Assembly (NCBI RefSeq): GCF_001186125.1
Contig: NW_014040406.1
Location: forward strand, 1 to 40,751
DNA from: Sphaeroforma arctica JP610
Taxonomy: Eukaryota
Reading direction: 5' to 3'
Length of the DNA stretch: 40,751 bases
This document shows positions 30,233-39,058 of the stretch, piece after piece. Each line of letters starts with the position of its first letter. Positions within the stretch are counted from its first letter, which is position 1. Made by a program: the position numbers and the translations under genes. Under the pieces are notes generated by a model that did not search any database, had not been told where the DNA came from, and saw nothing but the letters and a program-made list of their open reading frames with translations.

Positions 30233-30610
30233 TATTTTTGTGACTAGTGTGACGCCCCATGGGGTCTTGCCACAATCCTTCTTGCCCTCTTTGAGGAAAG
30301 TATTGTTTGTGTTTTCCACTAGCATCGGGTCCTCTTCTAATAAAGACAAGAACTTTGGAAACCACGATGCATTGGGGTAGTAGGGTGGTTGCCTCTTCAA
30401 TGACTTTGTCAAGGACATCAGGTATGAGTTCCCATGGCGGATTCGCCCATGCATTCACTTCCTGCGCTCGATTTTTTTGTAGCGCATACTGTTCTTTGGT
30501 GTAGTATTCATCTGTGTGTGTATTGTGTGCTGATGCAAACAGATCTACTGTGAACTTCCCAAACCGTCGTTCCGCTCCTTGGTAGAATCTGGGATGTAAC
30601 ATCCAGTCTA
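30233..30610 (-). pseudogene. Dam/DIRS-type amino (probably N6-adenine) DNA methyltransferase domain within pol
   Basis: DWMLHPRFY...FGKFTVDLFASAHN...YYT...WANPPWELIPDVLDKVIEE, then after a frameshift near 30385 PYYPNASWFPKFLSLL..P...TFL...PW. DLFAS is at 30531-30545 and NPPW at 30432-30443. Confidence 0.85.
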
Positions 30611-30675
30611 TAGCTGATATGGTTATGGGCATGTTCGTTTCCAAGGTGGTGTACTCTTGGCTGTTATGTGTTGCC

Positions 30676-31939
30676 TCATTCGCTTGTTACTTTTGACTCT
30701 TTCGTACTAAAAGTATCTTTATGGAGACGCGACAACCTGTCTGCCATCTGGTTGTCCTTGCCCGGGACATGTATGATGGAGAAAGGGTGGTGGAACGTTT
30801 TTGCTCTCCATTTGGCTAGCATTGGGTGTAACGTCTGTTGACTGTTCATTTGCGTGAGCGCTTTGTGATCTGTCCACAGTGTTATGTCCCCCCTTTTGAT
30901 GTATTCTGAGAAATGTTCCAGGCTGTATGCTAGTGCTAGTAGCTCTTTGGTATTTGTGCCATAGCGTTGTTGTGCTGGATTCAAGTCTTTTGAGAAGTAG
31001 AGTATTTCTCTTCTAACTACATCGATGACTTGAAATAAACATCCTCCTATGCCATAGCCACTAGCATTCTTCATTATTTGAAACGGTACCCCGTCAACAG
31101 GGTATGCTAGCGTCGCTGAACAGGCGATGGCTTCTTTGAGTTCTTCCCACTTCTGTTTGAGTTCCGGAGTCCATAACATGGATATGTTCTGGTTCATTTT
31201 TCCTTTCATTAGGTTCCGAAAGTGTTTCGTTGTGTGGGCAAAGTTAGGGACATGTCCTCGCATGTAATGTGCTAGTCCCATTGCTTTGTGCAGATCTCTT
31301 TTTGTTCTGGGTAGTGGCCAGTCCATCATTCTTTTCTGTTTCTCAGGGTCTGCTTTGATTCCCTGTGTGGTGACTTTCACACCGAGTATGTTGACCACTT
31401 TGACCGCGAAGGCACACCTGTTGTGATTGAGTCGGAAGTTTGCTCCATTCAGTCGCTTGATTACTTCACGAACTGTTTTGCGGTGTTTTTTCCTCCGTAA
31501 GACTTGCAATGACTATGTCGTCTACATACACTTGCGCTCCTTTGATGTCTATGAGCAGATTTGCCATGACTCTTTAAATTTATGCTGTGAGTGAGTGTAG
31601 TCCAAACGGCGCGGACTTGAATGAATATTGCGTTCCACTCCACGAGAATGTGAAGAAGTGTTGGCTTGCTTCGTCTACCAGGAAATTGTGAAATCCTCCT
31701 GTAAGATCTTGCTTCGAAAAGAATTGTGCTCTTTGGAGGTTATATAATACTTCCTTTATTTTCGGTAACACAAATTTATCTTGCTCATATTGATAATTGA
31801 TCTCACGTAAGTCTAGACATGTTCTTACTTTCTTGAGGAGGCCTGTTTGGTCATGTTCACCTGTTGATATCAACGGTAGGTTCGCCGTTGTGGGTGTGTC
31901 ACGTTTGTATATGTGACCATCCTTAAGCCACCTTTGCAC
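30676..31939 (-). pseudogene. Reverse transcriptase and RNase H
   Basis: KVRTCLDLREIN, FFSKQDLTGGFH, APFGL; YVDD at 31517-31528 (in frame with ORF 31580-31939, beyond a premature stop); RH motifs PFQIMKNASGYGIGG (catalytic D apparently lost), KELLAL, WTDHKAL, GKDNQMADRLSR. Confidence 0.93.
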
Positions 31940-32166
31940 ATTCTCACCCGTTTGTGGATATATTTGTGAGGTACAAAATTGACTTTAGCGTGCCTCATTT
32001 GTCTGACGTTGATTCCATTTGCGGGTACTGTGACTGTGGAGCCTGGTAGGTTGCAATATACATCAGGAGGTATATTCGCATTGGTATCTAAAAGGTCTGT
32101 AAGCGACTCTCTGAAACCTTCTTGTTCATGCTCTGGGTCCTCTTCATGTGGTGTGAGGAGTGATTC

Positions 32167-32628
32167 TCATTTTGAATCTGTGGGTTTAAGTGGATTGATT
32201 AACCCTGCTATGCATATACTTATGTATGGTAGAATGTCCATACCTAGAAGTATTGGTGTCTTTTTGTCAGGTAAGTCCAATACTTCAAAACACTGAGAGG
32301 TCTTCCTACCTCCATAGTTAATGTCACAAACTTCTGTTGATCCAGTGCGTTGTATTCTTGCATCTGTTTGTGCTAGTTGTATATATCTCGGTTGCGCTCT
32401 AACAGAAAGATATAGTTCTGATACTATACTTTTGTCCATGCATGAGCGTTGTGCGCCCGAGTCTACTAGTGTATTGTATGTATTGCTATTGATTTGTATG
32501 TCAATGTGTAAACGTTGGTCTCGTGGTGCGGGAAGTAAAGATAAAGGTTGATAATTTATATCATATGCATTTATTAACAAAGTTTCTTTATCTGTAAATA
32601 CATTGAGTCTGTCAGCCAGGTCAATCAT
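32167..32628 (-). pseudogene. Retropepsin (aspartic protease)
   Basis: TLVDSGAQRS catalytic motif and PILLGMDIL. Confidence 0.9.
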
Positions 32629-32652
32629 GTTTGCTTCCGCCCACCAGTGTTT

Positions 32653-34089
32653 TCAGTGCTCATCACTTTCTGTGATGTCTTCCACCTTGCCAGATGTAAT
32701 GGACAGTATTGCTTTCTGCACATCTTTCTTGGCTCGCTGCTCAGCCTTCTTGGCTTGATTTGCTTTCTTCTCGGGATATTCGCTGTACCGATGTGGGGAT
32801 GGCATTACCAGGCAGTAGGGGCATGCACGCTCTTCACGTGCTCCCTTCTTCTTCTGTGTCTGCCCCCCCTTGCTTGTTCTGGTTGTGTGCACCATTGTCT
32901 GGCTTGTGCCGTTTATTAGCGTTCGTAGAGTTTTCCTCAACTGATGTGGTTGTCTGTGCGTTGTTGCGCTTGTTTTGTGCACGCACCTGATCCCTCAACA
33001 TACGCTCTGCTTGTGTCACAGCCGCCTTCTTATGTGTGTCTCAGTCATAGTATGCAACTTGGTGTGTTCTATGTCTGACAAGTGCCCTTCACTCCCATCT
33101 GGTTGCTTATCTCCTTTGATGAGGGTATCTACCACTGGTTGCAGTCCATAGTACTTAAGTGCCTGGTACCTTTGTACTTTGAGGATTTGGAAGTGTATGG
33201 GTTCCTTGTCTGAGTCGCGGTAACGCTCCTCTAACATCGCCATTGTCTTGTGCACACGCTCTGTGCGCACTTCGACGTTCATTTTCTTATTCTGCAAGTC
33301 ATTGAGAAACTTCTCCAACAGATAGTCTACTGGATGTGGTCTAAGTCGATCAATAATGATTCTATTGAATTGCTCAGGATCTTTGATGTGCTTAGTCGCA
33401 TGTGTCTCATAGTCTCTTAAGTTATTGAGTACTGATTTTGTTTTCTCCGTTGCATCAGTAGAATCCAGTAAGCTTCTTACTAATGCTGGGTACTGACACA
33501 AAGGCATGGACTTTGCTAAGAATATGTCACTACACTGTGTAGTGAACTCTAAAATGTCTTCGCAGTTTTCCATTCTAAAGTAACTATCTTTAGGCATTTT
33601 AGGAAATTCAGAAGTCTTCAGTAGTTTCGCAAGTGGTGGCTCATTTATCTGATCGCCCAAGCGTGAACGCATGAGCTCTAACTCACTAATGTATAGACTT
33701 ATTTGGATGAGTTGATCTTCTTCATCATCACCACAGTCATTGATCGCATGGTCATATCGTCGTCTGAGCTCTGCATCCACTAGTGGCATGCGGCGCTCTG
33801 GCTGTTGATCATAGATGCCTACCCTCATCTTGTGTAGAGTTGGTATGGGCACCGGTGCTGTTTGTTCCAACTTGGACACAAACCGACTCACCATAACATG
33901 ATTGCATTGACAGATATTCTTGTCTATTTCTAGACGCATTGCTGACGCTACGATGGGTACCCCCGCCGGTGTAGGTTGGCCCGAACTATTGCCTGGGCTT
34001 GGCCCCCCCATTGGGCTGACTCCCACGTCATCCGCGCCTTCACTCCCTTCCTCCCCACCGTACACGCCTGCTCTGGTTGCTGTTGGCAT
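32653..34089 (-). pseudogene. gag (frameshifted), with a degenerate zinc knuckle
   Basis: A 357-aa ORF in the gag position continues through ORFs 32834-33019 and 32653-32982; CPYC-x6-H-x4-Y is a CCHC-like knuckle lacking the last Cys. Confidence 0.75.
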
Positions 34090-36476
34090 TTTCAGAAGTC
34101 TGCGTTTTAGTTAGTGGATTATTAATAAAGACTCTGGTTATGTTTTGAAACCCTATAATACGGTAGCTTGTTGCTTTGTTCCCTGTATTTATGAGGGTTA
34201 AAAACTGTGTTTGTTAGTCAAGCTTATTCCGTCACGTGTGACGTCACTTATGCTTATTCCGTCATCTGAGAAAATAATTCCTCATGTGCGTTCTCAATGA
34301 GATGTTCGGTGCTAGTGATGTCACCGAAGAAGTTCGGTCCTGTTGACGTCACCTCTTGATGTTCGGTATCGTACCGAACAGTATGGTTCTTGTATCGAAC
34401 TGTGACTCTGTCGGATATATCCTGTTTTGTATAGACTATACTTTGTCGGAATGTTCACTCAATTTGACCCCACTTTATATCATTGCCCGTGTGTACATGT
34501 GTCATTGTCACTCTGTAGGTCTTATATACTCTGTAGGTCTTATATTCCTGTGTACTAGACGTCTACACTAAGCGTGTGCGTGATGGTTATACTTCTTAAT
34601 TGTTATGAAGTTATACCGTGCTTGCATCAACTATGTGCGGGGCTTATGTGTGTCCTGCGTGATTGCTTTGGTCGGAATCTTATGTGTGCGAATTCCATTT
34701 ACTGTGGGTCCTCAACCTTGTTGTGACATTCGATTCCATGTATTGGATCTTTGTTGTCGAGGTCTTGTGCGTATCTAGTACCCTGTTATTGTTCTGTTCC
34801 TATTGCAGGAAGTCTGTGTTTGTAATGGTTTCTGCCATTACTTTTCGATGTACAATGGTGTGTAGCATTTCGATACTGTTAATACCGTGCGTAGTAATCA
34901 GGTTTTATCGTTGCTAACATTCTTGATGTATCTGTGTGAATGTCTTGACAATGAGAACTATTCTTGTGCCCCCTTTTTTACTTAGACTTCTTTCTTTTAT
35001 TGATCGTTGTGTGGCATTGATTATGCCAGATCTGATTTCAGTAAGTCGGTCACTTGTCTATGTTCCCTGTCAATTGTATGTGTTTATTATCACTTGTCTA
35101 GTAATTGCTATGCAGTTCTTACTCGTGATTCCTTGTCTTATGTTTATTCTTAATATCGATATCTTGTCGTATATGTGTGTATATAATCTAATATCAATCG
35201 ATATGATTTGAATGCTTGTGCAAACTGTCGTGATGAACGTTGGCTTCCTTATGTGCTAGTTTGTGCTTGTATCTAGTATAGCGAATAGATTATATGTGTG
35301 TTATGAGTTCTATTGTGGACTCTTTGTTCTTGAAAAGGTAGTAATAGATGCTATCTTGTGATTCTGTGCTTTTGTTAGTTAAGACCGGTCCTTACGATGT
35401 TTTTGGATGCTCATCGCATTCAATCGTATTCTTGGCAGGCCAATTACTTTGAAAGCTGTATTCATATGTAAATGCTTCTTGGGGTCTTTGCAAACCCGTC
35501 ATCATACCAAGTATTCGTATGCTCATCGCATTCGATTTTAATTTTTGGGAGAACATTTACTTCTGAAAGCTAGACTTGTATTTTTGATGCTCTGTCTTTT
35601 CGTTTTGTTTCTGTCAATCTCGAATCTGAGATTTGATGACCGAAATGCTTGTGAATGCTCTTGAAATTGATATTTGGTGCTTGTGCATCTTACAATATCT
35701 GTGATTCTCATTATGTTTTGTTGTGTTTAGTGAGGTGTGAATGATTTATCATTGTCTTTGTGTGCCACTATTGTCTTGTGCGTGTCTACTTGTGTCTATG
35801 TTTGCGCAGATGTTCTAAACGAGCTGTTTTGTGTCATATGTTTACTGCTATTGTTCTGTATATGATAACTGAGTGAGGTGGTATGGTGTCTTTTTGTGAT
35901 TGTGACACCAGGATATTTTCTTGTCCGAAAACTTAGAAAAATCTCTAACCTTGATTAAATGATCATTGTGACAGCTCTTCCCTTTTTTCACTGTTTTAGC
36001 CTCCTTACTTCACAAGTTTTCACTGGAACACGTTCTTAAGTGCACTGCAACTATTCCGATGGTTCTGAACGCGTTACTCGTACCTGAGTGTCATAGAGCA
36101 CCACGTTCCCGTACGTTACAGTTGTACACACACTCTGGGTCACCTGGCCTAAATGTTACCCTAGAGCACAACCCTTAGTGGCTTACTTCCACTTCTGGGA
36201 ACAATTACCCGAGGATGATTCTCCCTCTTCTTGTACCGTAGGGTGCTCCTTGTCCACTCCGGTTCTTGTACGCTGTGGTTACCCGTGTATCTGCTCTTGC
36301 TTTCACGGAATTATTCAGTCTTGCCTCAGCATTGCTCAGCTGTCTTAGTTTTTTAATGGAAATAAAGTTATTCTTCTACTGCGGTATTTTAGTTATTGAC
36401 TATACTATTACTTGCGGTAGCCTTTGCACAGCCTTGAGCTAGTTGACTTGTCTATAAGGATATTGTATTAAAAAAA

Positions 36477-36802
36477 TGTAGAGTATGGAGAGTAGCTGAA
36501 GGATATGAGACAAAGGAATACAATAGACCTCTTCTCAAGTACGGTTATCTCAGCTAGGAAAAGTCCCTAGTGTGAGAGAACCGAACTGAGTTTTTATCTG
36601 TGTTTTTACTAGACTCGAGATTTACTTGAGTGTTTCTCTCGCACGTGGGAGTCCCGGTATAGCTTACCGGTTCTACCGCTAATATATCTGATAACTCTAA
36701 TAACAGAAATATTCCAATCATATTTCCAAAACTCAGTATTTGATTATTCTGGGGTTTGGGATTTGGATTGGCTTTTTGATAATCTGGTCCCTAGATGCTA
36801 CA
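36477..36802 (-). repeat. 5' LTR (326 bp)
   Basis: Direct repeat of 28108-28435, followed by the TSD TGAC. Confidence 0.95.
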
Positions 36803-37290
36803 TGACTACATTTTATGTGACCAAGCTACTGTATTTATTACGTTACGTACTTTACAACAGGCTAAGTGAACTAAAATCAAATTAGCTTTATAATTTTGTT
36901 ACTACGAGGAATGAATATACTACGTGGACAAGGAAACCTGTCTTCGATTGTTGAAACTACTGCTTAAAATTCATCGACAATTGCCTTTGCTCAGGGTTAA
37001 GGTATAAACAACGTTTTCCACTGATCTGGCACCGGGTGTTAAAGCTAAGACAGAAGTCCGTGTTAGGCTAGCCTGACTAGTATTTGAAACTTAACAATCG
37101 ATTTCTACGTTGGCTGAGGCCAAACAAATTATTGAAGGGGTTATCGACCGAGATGACCACTTGGGGATGATAGCAAATGTACAGGAAGATACGGAGATTA
37201 TTTTGCTTTTTCAGCTACCACTTCCCGAATTTCGTGAATTTCCAATGTAATGGAGTTGGCTCGACTCAAGACAATGGCACGGTCTAGATG

Positions 37291-37759
37291 ACGTCGGGCT
37301 ATGTAACAGATAGCGTAACCGACATCACCTCGTTGGGCTTTGTGACACCCGACGCGGACTCGCAACCCTTTAAACAATGGGGTGAACATTATGGAATAAT
37401 TCAGCCCAGTGAAGTACAGAGTTGTTCGCACGGATCCTGTTCTTTACGTTACTATTACGTTAATGAATCCTGTTATTCGTTCAATACGTTAATGTTCACA
37501 TTGCTAGCTGAAACAGGATCAGGCAATGGCACGTCGGGCTACGCAACAGATAGCGCAACCGACACCGCCACGTTGGGCTCTGTAACACCCGACGCGGACT
37601 CGCAACACTTCAAACAATGGGGCCTACATTATGAAATAATTCAGCCCAATGAAGTGCAGAGTTGGTCGCACGGATCCTGTTCTTTACGTTGCTATTACGT
37701 TAATGAATTCTGTTATTCGTTCAATACGTTAATGTGCACATTGCTCGCTGAAACAGGAT
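37291..37759. repeat. 240-bp tandem duplication (2 copies)
   Basis: 37291-37519 vs 37531-37759, exact period 240, no indels seen; it produces an 80-aa repeat in ORF 37288-37935. Confidence 0.92.
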
Positions 37760-37960
37760 ATAATAGTGTGGCTCTGACAGTAATTAGGAGTCGACGACTG
37801 CTGTCCAATCCCCTCGCAGGAACTATCTGGAGCCAGGAGAATCAGGATACTTACAGTGTACCTATTGATACGATAGCAAACTGTTCTACTAATACGGTAG
37901 AGATAATACTTTTAATTCAATTTGGGGTCAATTAATATATATCTACATGTACATCAAGCT

Positions 37961-38746
37961 TCATACTCGTTGGTGAGGTTCAGGGAAGATTGAAGGGAAG
38001 TTAAGATTGTCGAACTGCCGCGAGAAGCTCGGGGCGAGTGATGCAACGATGGAGGACACATGATGCGTTAATTCGCGACGATGGGTACAAAATACTTCCA
38101 CCATTGGGTGGGAGCTAAAACTTGGGTTCCATTTTGTAAAATAAAGCTGGTCCACACTCGTAGCGGTAATCTGGGCTGAGTCAGTATGAGTATTTTTGAA
38201 CGTGATACCAAGAAGGGTACAGAGGTTGTCATCCGCAATTCTGTTTCGGAGCGAAGTTGGAGGCTGTCCGATACCACACGACACGACTAATGTTTTTGGA
38301 ATATCCTGGTTGGCCATATCGGAAAGTATCATTGGCGGTACCAGAAGTCTCGAAGATGTGGTCCGTACCGAAATCTGAAAATAGTACTTCAGCAGAGTGA
38401 TGAGACGGGGTATGGGGAACATCAATCTATTGACCAGTACAGGATGGGGGTAAATTGATGCCCGCTGTTCACGGCCAAGATAGCTCTCGAGATGTTCGTG
38501 GAGAGTCCATATGCCGTGGTAGTCATGCCGAGTCTGTAGCTGTTGTAGTAAGTTCGGTCTAATTGGCGGTAGATTAGGGCCCACCAGAATATGTCCTATT
38601 AAGTTACTGATACAAGCAAAGTGGCTGGAAGTAAAACTCATATCTCCGGGGCACGCTGGACAGAAGCATCCACCCTTACGATAGCCAAGTAATTTGAACA
38701 GGAACTTGTTGGTTACTACCTTGGTAATGGATACGGATTGTCTCAA
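37961..38746 (-). CDS. Hypothetical 261-codon ORF (CxCxxC near the N-terminus)
   Basis: Long stop-free frame of non-repetitive sequence with a TTG start (first ATG about 38641). No family recognised. Confidence 0.35.
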   Translation of the reverse strand: MRQSVSITKVVTNKFLFKLLGYRKGGCFCPACPGDMSFTSSHFACISNLIGHILVGPNLPPIRPNLLQQLQTRHDYHGIWTLHEHLESYLGREQRASIYPHPVLVNRLMFPIPRLITLLKYYFQISVRTTSSRLLVPPMILSDMANQDIPKTLVVSCGIGQPPTSLRNRIADDNLCTLLGITFKNTHTDSAQITATSVDQLYFTKWNPSFSSHPMVEVFCTHRRELTHHVSSIVASLAPSFSRQFDNLNFPSIFPEPHQRV

Positions 38747-39042
38747 TATTTACCATCTCATCGTGAATACCAAGAGTACAGCACTACTGCGACACCTGCA
38801 AAACAAGATATTCAGGGCAGGAAATTCCCTATGTGTATGAGCGTACGTGAGGAATTACAATTTGATGGGAACGGTGGCGACAGGATCTGCCTCCAAAGTG
38901 CATCAAGCTATTATTTTTCTTCTTTTTTTTCCTTTCAAGCGTGAGAAAATGAATCTATTAATATAAAGGTTGTTGAGGTGCAGGAAAATACCCGGAATGT
39001 ATGTTAAAATAAATACATATCGACGGCTTGTCGGCCCTATCA

Positions 39043-39050
39043 CCCCCCAT
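39043..39050 (-). other. Putative PPT of the second LTR element; LTR would start TGATAG at 39042
   Basis: The - strand reads ATGGGGGG|TGATAGGG about 10 nt after the integrase stop. Confidence 0.65.
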
Positions 39051-39058
39051 GAATTGTG

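Larger units (their letters stand above)
28108..36802 (-). mobile_element. Full-length Ty3/Gypsy chromodomain-bearing LTR retrotransposon carrying a Dam-like methyltransferase domain; coding region disrupted
   Basis: Direct LTRs bounded by TGTAG...CTACA, 4-bp TSD TGAC (28104-28107 and 36803-36806), a PPT, and the order gag-PR-RT-RH-MT-INT-CHD with multiple stops and frameshifts. Confidence 0.95.

Noticed and set aside
30225..31939. Classifying the element as DIRS because of RT-RH-MT
   Set aside because: There is no tyrosine recombinase and no inverted or split repeats; it has a DDE integrase, direct LTRs, a TSD and a PPT.
34356..35211. Hydrophobic + strand ORFs as an env-like or antisense gene
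   Set aside because: They are short, begin at non-ATG codons, and are explained by the T/G skew of the leader's antisense strand; no motifs.
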